A stretch of DNA of 32,000 bases, taken from Candidatus Methanoperedens sp. (GTDB lineage Archaea > Halobacteriota > Methanosarcinia > Methanosarcinales > Methanoperedenaceae). The position numbers were made by a program, and so were the translations under genes. The notes under the pieces were generated by a model that had not been told where the DNA came from, made no database searches, and saw nothing but the letters and a program-made list of their open reading frames with translations. Below are positions 16,692-25,396 of this stretch, piece after piece (the first letter of the stretch is position 1; each line of letters begins with the position of its first letter). The stretch lies in contig JAPZAR010000014.1 of assembly GCA_027460535.1 (NCBI GenBank), positions 94,795 through 126,794 of the forward strand, in the 5' to 3' direction.

Positions 16692-17366
16692 ATGAATATC
16701 AGTGACAACATAGGAAATTATTTGGAAGGTCGTTCACCCGATAAGAGATATTCATCTTTTGATTACTGCTATAATTATTTCCGTGAATTCTATGAGCAGG
16801 GAAATATTGAGGCTATCGCCAGCTCTACTAATGTTCAGTTAAGTTGCCTGCAAATTGGCTTTTATCTTTCCAGTTGGGGAATGCTGAGAGGTTCGTCATT
16901 TCTATTAAAGAAAAGTGTTAGGCATTATGAAAAACTGATATCTGTTATCGCCAAAATGCCAAAAAGTTATTGGGAGATTGACCTTGATACTTACTCGGGC
17001 GAGAGAATTTCATTGTTGCTTGGAATATATGAACAGATTTCTGGTTGTCTCGGCGAAGATGATGAATATGCATCTACCACATTAGTTACAAAGATAATGC
17101 TTGGAGTATTCGGCAATGTCCCAGCCTTAGATGATAATTTTTGCAAAGGATTTGGTTTCAGTAAATATTTTAGTGTTTCATTATTGCAAAAAATTTCAGG
17201 TTTCTATCAGACTAACAAAGAAGAATTTGATAAACATAGAATTAAGACAATTGATTTTAGCACGGGCAAGGAGACCGCTCGTTTCTATACAAAAGCAAAA
17301 TTGATTGATATGGTAGGCTTTATTGAGGGGCTTAAGAAGTCTTCAAAATCTCAGGTACTTTCATAA
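16692..17366 (+). CDS. Hypothetical 224-aa protein, no recognised domain
   Basis: ATG at 16692 with GGAG 4 nt upstream. Sequence MNISDNIGNYLEGRSPDKRYSSFDYCYNYFREFYE...SSWGMLRGSSFLL. AT-rich, and divergent from AbiEi. Confidence 0.6.
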   Translation: MNISDNIGNYLEGRSPDKRYSSFDYCYNYFREFYEQGNIEAIASSTNVQLSCLQIGFYLSSWGMLRGSSFLLKKSVRHYEKLISVIAKMPKSYWEIDLDTYSGERISLLLGIYEQISGCLGEDDEYASTTLVTKIMLGVFGNVPALDDNFCKGFGFSKYFSVSLLQKISGFYQTNKEEFDKHRIKTIDFSTGKETARFYTKAKLIDMVGFIEGLKKSSKSQVLS

Positions 17367-17384
17367 TTCGTAAGAGATAAAAAT

Positions 17385-18101
17385 CTATATGTAAAGACTT
17401 ATAGGGTTTTTGGTTTTATCTTTTGCGGCGAAATCGAGTTTTCCTGAGAACTCAATATTTCTGAATCCAGAGCTCTTTAACATGGCCAATATCTCTTCGA
17501 TGCTGTATCCCCATACATCAAAATGCTGGGCGAAACCATATTCGAGGAAAGTCCCGTCCATGCTTATCCCGCCTGTTTTTGCATCTATTTTTCTTTCCCA
17601 GATTATTTGAATGTCCTTTTTTCCGGGAAGCATTCTTCTACGAAATGGTTTCTCATTGATGAGAACATCAAACAGAAAAATTCCATTTTCATCCATGCAG
17701 CCCTGGATTTTTTTCAGGACGTTCAAAATATTATTTTTTCTGATATGTGAAAGGACGTTCCCAATACTGTAGACCAGGTCAAATTTCCCAAGATGCGAAA
17801 AATCATCGATCTCTACATCAAAAACCTCAAACTCAGCCTTCCCTGGCATATTCCCGGCTCTTTTTTTCGCACGTTCTATTGCCGACGATTCCATATCAAG
17901 ACCGGTTACAGAAAAGCCATTTCTGGAGAACTCAATGGCATGCAGCCCCCCGCTGCATCCTATATCAAGGACCCGCGATTTCCCTGCTCTGTACCATGAA
18001 AGTATCTGCTCTACTTCAGTGATATGTTCGCCATGGGGATAATGTGAGTTTTCGTATATTTCCAACCCTTCGTCCCTGTAGAGTCCCGTCAAGGCCATCA
18101 T
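17385..18101 (-). CDS. Class I SAM-dependent methyltransferase
   Basis: Motif I is VLDIGCSGGLHAIEF, followed by an acidic residue after beta-2 (GLDMES) and a post-I/II pattern typical of a Rossmann methyltransferase. The start overlaps the upstream stop by 4 nt. Confidence 0.8.
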   Translation of the reverse strand: MMALTGLYRDEGLEIYENSHYPHGEHITEVEQILSWYRAGKSRVLDIGCSGGLHAIEFSRNGFSVTGLDMESSAIERAKKRAGNMPGKAEFEVFDVEIDDFSHLGKFDLVYSIGNVLSHIRKNNILNVLKKIQGCMDENGIFLFDVLINEKPFRRRMLPGKKDIQIIWERKIDAKTGGISMDGTFLEYGFAQHFDVWGYSIEEILAMLKSSGFRNIEFSGKLDFAAKDKTKNPISLYI

Positions 18102-18715
18102 ACCCTGCTGAAAGATTCCGCAATTTCAGTCTCAGAAAAGAATATTTTTTTAGTTCTCTTGAATTCCCTTGCCCGTTTCATCGCGCCGGCGTAAGCATAC
18201 ATCCAGTTCTCATTAATATAGATCGAGCCATCCCTTATACTCTGCATGCTCAGGCTCCCGCCGCCGAACTCCTTGAGCAGCTGGATTGATGCTACCACCG
18301 CCGCCTGGTATTCTTCGATATCCTTTGATTCCGTTGCTATATCATGGAGCAGCATCTTGAACATGCTCTTGAATTTATTCGAAGGCATGAATTGATTTCC
18401 TTCGACTTTTGTAAGCACGTTTATTTCAACCAGGTCGGATGTCAGTTTGTTGATTATATCTTCGGTCCATTTCTCCATCGGGTTATCGGTATCATTATAT
18501 GCGGTCATCACCCCGGTCGTCAGCTCTTCAATTTCCTTTTTATCTTCAAATCTCTTGAGAGCATATTCCGATGACTTTAATTCAGGTGTCGTGAATATAT
18601 AATATCTCAGAAGGTTCCTGAGCTTATCGCCGTTCTCCCCTTCCACGATTCTCAAATTTTTGAGTATGCTGTACTCTATATCGCTCAGGTCTGTGCAAAC
18701 TTTCTGCATTTTCAT
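18098..18715 (-). CDS. Hypothetical 205-aa protein, translationally coupled between wrbA and the methyltransferase
   Basis: No motif recognised. There are 4-nt overlaps at both ends (18712-18715 and 18098-18101). Confidence 0.6.
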   Translation of the reverse strand: MKMQKVCTDLSDIEYSILKNLRIVEGENGDKLRNLLRYYIFTTPELKSSEYALKRFEDKKEIEELTTGVMTAYNDTDNPMEKWTEDIINKLTSDLVEINVLTKVEGNQFMPSNKFKSMFKMLLHDIATESKDIEEYQAAVVASIQLLKEFGGGSLSMQSIRDGSIYINENWMYAYAGAMKRAREFKRTKKIFFSETEIAESFSRV

Positions 18716-19350
18716 CCCTGTTTTTTCATCGCTTCCTCGCCCAGTTTCAGTTTTGTCGCAAGCTCAGCAACCCTCTTACCAAGAGCTCTTGCGAGAGCTG
18801 AGGCTCCCGGTGTGAAAGGTAGGTCCGCCATCGAACCTGTTACTGCAGAGGCTCCATACGGTGATCCGCCTGCGGTTGTTGTGAACAAATGGTCTTCAGA
18901 ATACGGGATCCCGGCAATGATCATTCCGTGATGGAGCATGGGGATGAACATGGTCAGAAGTGTTGTCTCCTGTCCCCCGTGGATCGATGTGCTGGATGTA
19001 AAAGCTGCACCGATTTTTCCTACAAGGCCTCCTTTTACCCATACGCCAGCCGTCTTATCTATGAAATCCTTGAGAGAAGAACTCATATTGCCATAGCGCG
19101 TGGGACTCCCGAAAATAACGGCATCGGCATCGAAAAGATCATTGGCCTTTGCTTCGGGGATGCTCTTCAGGTTCTCCCGTATCTTCTTCCAGCGCTCGTC
19201 TTTCTGGATTATTTCTTCAGGGGCAAGTTCTGCTGTCCTTCGCAGAATAACCTCGCATCCTTTAACAGATCGGGCGCCCTCAGCTATCAATTCTGCGAGT
19301 TTTAAGGTATTACCGTAGCGGGTATAGAAAATTATGTAGACTTTTATCAT
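18712..19350 (-). CDS. wrbA: WrbA-type NAD(P)H:quinone oxidoreductase (flavodoxin-like fold)
   Basis: Motifs KVYIIFYTRYGNTLKLAELIAEGA, FGSPTRYGNMSSSLKDFID and GGQETTLLTMFIPMLHHGMI are typical of WrbA. Confidence 0.85.
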   Translation of the reverse strand: MIKVYIIFYTRYGNTLKLAELIAEGARSVKGCEVILRRTAELAPEEIIQKDERWKKIRENLKSIPEAKANDLFDADAVIFGSPTRYGNMSSSLKDFIDKTAGVWVKGGLVGKIGAAFTSSTSIHGGQETTLLTMFIPMLHHGMIIAGIPYSEDHLFTTTAGGSPYGASAVTGSMADLPFTPGASALARALGKRVAELATKLKLGEEAMKKQG

Positions 19351-19410
19351 TTTATTCCCCTGATGGCTAACCGGTTATATTATAGTTAATCTCTATACTT
19401 AAATAATACA

Positions 19411-20796
19411 ATGCATAAAAAGGCGATCGTGGATAATAATAACAGAAGTCAGTTCATCAGGCAAAAAACATATTTCGCAGTTCTCAAGCTTCTAGATACC
19501 ATCTCTTTCGAAAAAAAATACCCTGATGCGCTCCTCGGAGACCTTTTCAAGAGAGAAGAATTTTCATCATCTGAAAAAGCTGCTATCGTTGGACTTACCT
19601 ATGGGATACTGAGGCATCGGGCAAGGATCGATTTTATCATTGAAAATGCATCCAGAGCCATGATCCTGGGGCTTGACCAAAATATTCTCAATATGCTCAG
19701 GATATGTACATACCAGGCCGTGTTTGCACAAACCTCCGCGATTGCGATATTGAATAATGCAATAGCGTTATCGGTGAGCCAGAAAAAATTTTCCGGGTTT
19801 GTAAAGAGAACAGTTGAGGGGGTGTTAAGGAATAAAGACGAGATAATCTTTCCTGATATGGGGAAAAATCCAGTTGAACATATATCCATATACCATTCAC
19901 ATCCATCATGGATAGTGGAAAAATGGCTTTCGGAATTCCGGGAGCCAAATCAGGTGGATGCTCTTTGTCTTGCCAATAATCTTGAACCTCCTTTGACGAT
20001 CAGGGTAAATCCGCTCAAGACAGATAGGAATACTCTTCAAAGCTTGCTGGAATCCGAAGGTTATTATTCAACGCCAACAGTTTTTTCTCCTTTTGGTCTC
20101 TTTGTTGATAAAAAGGAGGATATTTTCAAGACAGAAGCGTTCAGGAGCGGGCTTTTTGAGGTCCAGGACGAGGGAAGCCAGCTTATCACGCTGCTTACGG
20201 GCTCAAAGCCGGGAGAATGCGTGATCGATGCATGTGCCGGTAACGGAGGAAAATCACTCTTCCTTTCAGGATTGATGAAAGCTAAAGGGAATATCATAGC
20301 TCTGGATACCAGCAAGCCAAAACTGGCAAATCTGAGAAGAAGGGCGAGCAGGGCTGGGGCTTCAAACATAAAGACATCCGATATTGATGAAATTCATCTG
20401 TATAATGGCGCTGCTGACTGTGTTCTTATAGATGCCCCGTGCTCGGGTATGGGTGTGTTCCGTAGAAACCCAGATTCAAAATGGAATTTGACCCGTGAGG
20501 ATATTGGAGAGCTTGCTGTGAAGCAGAAAGAGATCATCCGGAATTACAGCAGGCTCGTTAAAACAAGAGGAAGGCTGGTTTATGCAACCTGCACGATAAG
20601 CCGGGAAGAGAATGAAGAGATTATTATGGCATTTCTTGAAAAGAACAAAGATTTTCATCTTATCCCTGCATCCGAAGTTAATCCGGATATTTTTAGCACA
20701 TTTACTACAGAAAGAGGATTTTTCAGATCGTTGCCTCAGGTTCATAACACAGATGGGTTTTTCGCAGCTTTGATGAGGCGAGCCGGGAATAGTTAA
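19411..20796 (+). CDS. RsmB/NOL1/NOP2/Sun-family RNA cytosine-C5 methyltransferase with an N-terminal NusB-like domain
   Basis: SAM motif DACAGNGGKS and catalytic motifs DAPCSGMGVFRRNPD and YATCTISREENEE. Confidence 0.85.
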   Translation: MHKKAIVDNNNRSQFIRQKTYFAVLKLLDTISFEKKYPDALLGDLFKREEFSSSEKAAIVGLTYGILRHRARIDFIIENASRAMILGLDQNILNMLRICTYQAVFAQTSAIAILNNAIALSVSQKKFSGFVKRTVEGVLRNKDEIIFPDMGKNPVEHISIYHSHPSWIVEKWLSEFREPNQVDALCLANNLEPPLTIRVNPLKTDRNTLQSLLESEGYYSTPTVFSPFGLFVDKKEDIFKTEAFRSGLFEVQDEGSQLITLLTGSKPGECVIDACAGNGGKSLFLSGLMKAKGNIIALDTSKPKLANLRRRASRAGASNIKTSDIDEIHLYNGAADCVLIDAPCSGMGVFRRNPDSKWNLTREDIGELAVKQKEIIRNYSRLVKTRGRLVYATCTISREENEEIIMAFLEKNKDFHLIPASEVNPDIFSTFTTERGFFRSLPQVHNTDGFFAALMRRAGNS

Positions 20797-20856
20797 ATGC
20801 TGCCACACTCAAACATTTAAACCATAAAATAAAATATAGGATAACACGCAGGATAT

Positions 20857-22266
20857 ATGTTCGTCCCAGGAAAAATGTTATTGATCCCTGTAGCCATAAT
20901 AATGTTATCCGGGACTGCGCATGCTGACATTTCCTATACTCTAAATTTGATACCGAACTCCTCCCCCGTTTACACCGGCGAGACCATTAATATTTCTTTT
21001 TTGCTCACGAATTATAATTTTTTTTATTCTGGCATGTGTGCCATCGGTTTAGATTCAGAACCATGGTCGTCAGAATATGTGATAAGTGCAGGCTCTACTT
21101 TGAATCCATCTTTGCCTGTCAAGGCACCTCCATGGGGAAGTGGAGCCGGAAATGTTCGGCATATAGTCAATTCTTATTGTTATGATTTGAGCGATCAAGT
21201 AAAAGTTTACAGGAATGTTTCTTTCAATCTCAACTACACCGAAAACCCGGGATACATAGCCAGCATTGTAAATAGTGCGATATATGGAGCCCAGTCCGCC
21301 ATAAATAATGCCCAGAGTGCCTTAGACGGGGCAAAAGATCTGGGTGCAGATGCCAAGCTCGCTGAAAGTAAGCAGCTTGGTGCTAAAAATCTTATCGGCA
21401 AGGCCGGAATCAAGAAATCTGATTCAGATTCGTATTTTAGCTCCGGAAGGTATGAAAAGGGAGTTGCTGCGGCAAATGAATCCAGATCTTTTGCAGAAAT
21501 GGCAAAAATCAATGCAGACAACGCTTATTATCTTGCAATCCAGGCTGAACTGGAGTACAACAACACCGAAGAAGGCCAGACCAAATCGATGTTATCCATG
21601 GCGCAGTCGACTTATTTCAATGCCATTTCCATATTGAACAGTACAAATGACGCAGCTAAGCAGCTTTCTGGCATCGGCGTTGAAACAGGTGTATTTATCC
21701 AGGATATGGAAAAAATTTCCCTTACTCTTAATGATTCAAAACCGGAGTTAGAAAAGGCAAGAACAAGTTATGAAAATAGGGAGTTTAATGATAGCAGGGC
21801 TCTATCCGGATCAATACAGGCTATGGCTGAAAAGAATCTTGCCCTTTTGAACGAAATTGACAAGGGAATGGCATCATCTGCCATTGATAAAGTTAATAAC
21901 AAATATACATCAGTCAGCAAGAGCTATGATATCGCTGCCGGAGAACTGGAAGATTCAAGATTAAAGTTAGATGAGGATATTTTTAATGCGAAAAAGGAAA
22001 AATTGGACAATGCAAAGAAAAGTCTGGATATTGCCCTCAATCTGATTTCTCAGGCAAGATATTATTCTGACAATAGGAGATATTCCGATGTGGTCACTCC
22101 TTTAAAAGCAGCATCTGAAGAGCTTGGAAAAGCCGAACATGAGTTAAAATCAAATTCCCAGGCACCTTCATTCAAAGCCATACCCGCTTTAGCGGGCATT
22201 TCAGTTATGTATCTGGCTGCAAAAAAAACCCATAAAAAATTCAAATCGGGGAAAGTTAGATTTTAA
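20857..22266 (+). CDS. Secreted protein with an N-terminal beta domain, a long helical region and a C-terminal PGF-CTERM-like anchor
   Basis: Signal-like N-terminus (MLLIPVAIIMLSGTAHA), about 300 aa rich in Ala, Lys, Glu, Asn and Ser with many N-x-S/T sequons, and the tail PSFKAIPALAGISVMYLAAKKTHKK. Confidence 0.7.
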   Translation: MFVPGKMLLIPVAIIMLSGTAHADISYTLNLIPNSSPVYTGETINISFLLTNYNFFYSGMCAIGLDSEPWSSEYVISAGSTLNPSLPVKAPPWGSGAGNVRHIVNSYCYDLSDQVKVYRNVSFNLNYTENPGYIASIVNSAIYGAQSAINNAQSALDGAKDLGADAKLAESKQLGAKNLIGKAGIKKSDSDSYFSSGRYEKGVAAANESRSFAEMAKINADNAYYLAIQAELEYNNTEEGQTKSMLSMAQSTYFNAISILNSTNDAAKQLSGIGVETGVFIQDMEKISLTLNDSKPELEKARTSYENREFNDSRALSGSIQAMAEKNLALLNEIDKGMASSAIDKVNNKYTSVSKSYDIAAGELEDSRLKLDEDIFNAKKEKLDNAKKSLDIALNLISQARYYSDNRRYSDVVTPLKAASEELGKAEHELKSNSQAPSFKAIPALAGISVMYLAAKKTHKKFKSGKVRF

Positions 22267-22267
22267 G

Positions 22268-23236
22268 CTAACCCGTTACTTTCAGCTCTTCCAGCATTTT
22301 TCTCAAGGTCGTTGCTGTTTTTCCTTCCGCATCACTGATAATCTGCTTTGAGGGAGGTGCTTCAAGATAATTCGCTATCCTCTGTGAGATCCGTTCCTGG
22401 TAAGTTGACACAAGCTCGTTCTGATAAAACACTCCCATCGGGATCCTGTCTCCCCATTCCTGCGCCTTTGTCATTGCGGCAATTGTTTTTGCAACCGTCT
22501 CATCCTGTTTGTGCACCACGCCGTCATAGCCTGTTTCCTCAAGCTTGTACAGCCTTGGAACAGGTTTTCCGGTCGCAGGGTCCTTGCGGTCTTCCCCCCC
22601 ATACCATTCTTTGGTGTTTATGTTATTGTAAGTTGGACAGGGCTGCTGGATGACAACCAGAGCCATCCCGCGATGAGAGATAGCTTTTTTTATGGTTTCC
22701 TTGAGGTGGGAAACGTCATACGCATACCCTCTGGCTATGAAGGTGTAACCTGATGCAAGAGCAAGAGCAATGGGATTAATGCCCTCGTTTATATTGGGTC
22801 TCGGAAGCGCTTTGGTCTGCACACCCAGCTTGAGCGTGGGCGAAGCCTGCCCTTTCGTCAGGCCGTAGACGCCGTTATCATGGATGAGGTAGGTCATATC
22901 CACGTTCCTCCTGCCTGTATTGACAAAATGCCCTGCGCCGATCCCAAGCCCGTCGCCGTCACCCCCCACGGCTATCACTTCAAGTTCAGGGGCCGCAAGT
23001 TTTGCTCCTATGGCAAAGGGCAGCTCCCTTCCATGCAGCGTATGGACACCATAAGCGTTGATCCAGTGTGGAAGCTTTCCGTGGCATCCAATTCCTGAGA
23101 ATATGGCCACCCTCGATGGTTCCAACTGCATATCGGCCAGCGTCATCTGCACGGCTGTGAGTATCCCGAAATTCCCGCATCCCGGGCACCAATCATTGAA
23201 AAGAGGGGTTTTATAATCTGCCATCTTAAGCGCCAT
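22268..23236 (-). CDS. 2-oxoacid:ferredoxin oxidoreductase, beta (TPP-binding) subunit
   Basis: Motifs [18 protein letters not shown] and the TPP motif [14 protein letters not shown]...[10 protein letters not shown]. Confidence 0.9.
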   Translation of the reverse strand: MALKMADYKTPLFNDWCPGCGNFGILTAVQMTLADMQLEPSRVAIFSGIGCHGKLPHWINAYGVHTLHGRELPFAIGAKLAAPELEVIAVGGDGDGLGIGAGHFVNTGRRNVDMTYLIHDNGVYGLTKGQASPTLKLGVQTKALPRPNINEGINPIALALASGYTFIARGYAYDVSHLKETIKKAISHRGMALVVIQQPCPTYNNINTKEWYGGEDRKDPATGKPVPRLYKLEETGYDGVVHKQDETVAKTIAAMTKAQEWGDRIPMGVFYQNELVSTYQERISQRIANYLEAPPSKQIISDAEGKTATTLRKMLEELKVTG

Positions 23237-25160
23237 AATTCAACACCTGCCTTGCCGGCGCTTTATCGTTAAGGATAAGGAGAAGCGAATCATAGACCTC
23301 ATCTGAAGTCATGGGTCTTCCGTTCCATTTCAGCACAAAATAATCCATCGATATGCCTGTCTTTTCTTTGATCACTCCTGCCATCTGGGCTGAATAATTA
23401 CCTTCCACCATGATTTTCTTCCGGGCTTTTCCCAGTACCCCTGCAATGTAATCTTTTGGCAGAGGATTTGGAATCCGAACCTGCAGGAAGTTCAATTTGT
23501 GTCCCTCGCTCCGAAGTCTTTCCATTGCTTCCAGGATCGCTCCCTTTGGTGACCCCCAGCTGACGATGGTTGCGGGTGCATCTTCGTCGCCGAAGAAATT
23601 AACCCTCTCCTGAACGGGAATTTCCCTGTCCGCCAGCTCAAGTTTTTTCATGCGTTTCTCAAGCATTCGTGTCCTGGCCATGGGATTTTCAGTGATGTGA
23701 CCTGATTCATTATGCTCGTCACCCGTGTTCCAGAATACTGCGCCCGGAGTCCCAAGCGGCAGCCTCGGTGAAATACCGGATTCCGTGAACTTAAAGCGCT
23801 TGTACTCCTTGCCCCTGACATCCGCTTCCGAGAGCAACTCACCGCGCTCTATTTTTATGAGACCCGGGTCTAATGTCCTGCAGCTTTTACTGCTGTTGGC
23901 AATGGCTTTGTCCGTTAGATGAATCACAGGTGTCTGGTAACGTTCCGCATAGTTGAAGGCTCGCGCGGCATCATAGAAGCATTCTTCAATGTCGCCCGAG
24001 CACAGGATGATCCTGGGGAATTCACCGTGCGATGCGTGAATGGCGAACCTGAGGTCATCCTGTCCGTGCCTTGTCGGAAGTCCGGTGGAAGGGCCGCCGC
24101 GCTGATAATAACTGATAACGGTTGGGACTTCATTGAGACCTGCCCAGCCCAGGCCTTCCGCCATTAATGAGAATCCTGGACCTGAAGTGCTCGTCGCGGC
24201 CCTTGCGCCCGTAAGGGCAGCGCCTGAAGCCATATTAATCGCTGCTATCTCATCTTCCGTCTGGATAACGAGGATGGAACCCTGCGTGATGGCTGATCGC
24301 TCTAACTCGAATACCTGGTTCTCTTCCAGATATTCACTCTCATCACCAGCAGGTGTGATAGGATAATAGCTCTGGAACCGACAGCCTCCTGCCAGCTTTC
24401 CCAGGGCCACGGCCTGTGTGCCCTGCAGGAATATTCGCTTTTCATCTGTTTTAACAGCGTCAAGTTTGACCCCGAAATCTTTGAAATGCTCCACCGCATA
24501 ATCATATGCAATATTGAAGGCAAGAATATTCGATTTGATAAGTTGGGCCTTCCTGCCAAATATCTTTTCGATAGCCATCCCAACATATTTTTTATCATAA
24601 TTAACGAGGCCGAAGGATGCTCCTACTGCCAGAATGTTTGTCATTATCACAAGCTTGCTGAGTTTATCTTCACCAATCTCTTTTCCTATCTGTTTCAGAA
24701 GCTCAAGGAATGGCATTGGGTAAATCTTTATGTTGTTCTTCTTGGCTTCAGCAAGCAGGTCTCCAACAGTCTGGGGCTTAATCCCTTTCTCATCAACGAC
24801 TTTCTGGAATTCTTCCCGAAAAGATGCAGAGAGTGTCGGGATTTCGGATATTTGTTTTCCCGCCGCTTCTGCGTCGCAGATAATCCCCCCGCCAGGGACT
24901 ACGTCCCAAATATGCCTCACAACGCTGTCAGCATCAAAGGCGCAGAGAAGATCAGCATGACCTGCAATGGCTTTTAATTCTTTCGTGGAGACTCGAATGT
25001 GAAAGTAGCTGTGCATTCCTTTGATGTTGGAATGATATTCCCTCTGTCCGAAGACATTCAGCCCTCCGTAGCAGCAGGCCCGTGCAAAAATGTTGGCGCT
25101 TGAGTCCACCCCGCTCCCCTGCGGTCCGCCTGCCATCCATATAAACTCATCAGTAACCAT
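23226..25160 (-). CDS. 2-oxoacid:ferredoxin oxidoreductase, fused gamma-alpha subunit
   Basis: A gamma-like N-terminus ([18 protein letters not shown]) is followed by an alpha-like core ([46 protein letters not shown]). It overlaps the beta subunit gene by 11 nt. The ATG at 25160 is preferred over the TTG at 25166. Confidence 0.9.
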   Translation of the reverse strand: MVTDEFIWMAGGPQGSGVDSSANIFARACCYGGLNVFGQREYHSNIKGMHSYFHIRVSTKELKAIAGHADLLCAFDADSVVRHIWDVVPGGGIICDAEAAGKQISEIPTLSASFREEFQKVVDEKGIKPQTVGDLLAEAKKNNIKIYPMPFLELLKQIGKEIGEDKLSKLVIMTNILAVGASFGLVNYDKKYVGMAIEKIFGRKAQLIKSNILAFNIAYDYAVEHFKDFGVKLDAVKTDEKRIFLQGTQAVALGKLAGGCRFQSYYPITPAGDESEYLEENQVFELERSAITQGSILVIQTEDEIAAINMASGAALTGARAATSTSGPGFSLMAEGLGWAGLNEVPTVISYYQRGGPSTGLPTRHGQDDLRFAIHASHGEFPRIILCSGDIEECFYDAARAFNYAERYQTPVIHLTDKAIANSSKSCRTLDPGLIKIERGELLSEADVRGKEYKRFKFTESGISPRLPLGTPGAVFWNTGDEHNESGHITENPMARTRMLEKRMKKLELADREIPVQERVNFFGDEDAPATIVSWGSPKGAILEAMERLRSEGHKLNFLQVRIPNPLPKDYIAGVLGKARKKIMVEGNYSAQMAGVIKEKTGISMDYFVLKWNGRPMTSDEVYDSLLLILNDKAPARQVLNYGA

Positions 25161-25193
25161 GTTCAATTATCCCTATCCAGTTAATTTCAGGAT

Positions 25194-25319
25194 CTATCCG
25201 CCTGTAACAGCATCATATCCGATGCAGCAGGTGCAGAGGGCTGATTCGCCGCAGTAAGGACAAACGCACTCGCAGTCATCGATGGGATTTTCACAATTTT
25301 CACATATAATCTCTATCAA
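25194..25319 (-). CDS. Unlisted 41-aa cysteine-rich (9 Cys) zinc-ribbon-like small protein
   Basis: TTG start with GGAGG 8 nt upstream. It translates as (M)IEIICENCENPIDDCECVCPYCGESALCTCCIGYDAVTGG, with paired CxxC motifs (CENC and CPYC). It lies 33 nt upstream of the oxidoreductase alpha gene on the same strand. Confidence 0.4.
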   Translation of the reverse strand: MIEIICENCENPIDDCECVCPYCGESALCTCCIGYDAVTGG

Positions 25320-25396
25320 ACTAATATTCCTCCCATTGATTTTTTATTGGTTCGAATGGTTAAGTAGTTTGCGGATGATGGCACGCCCCCTTGCCT

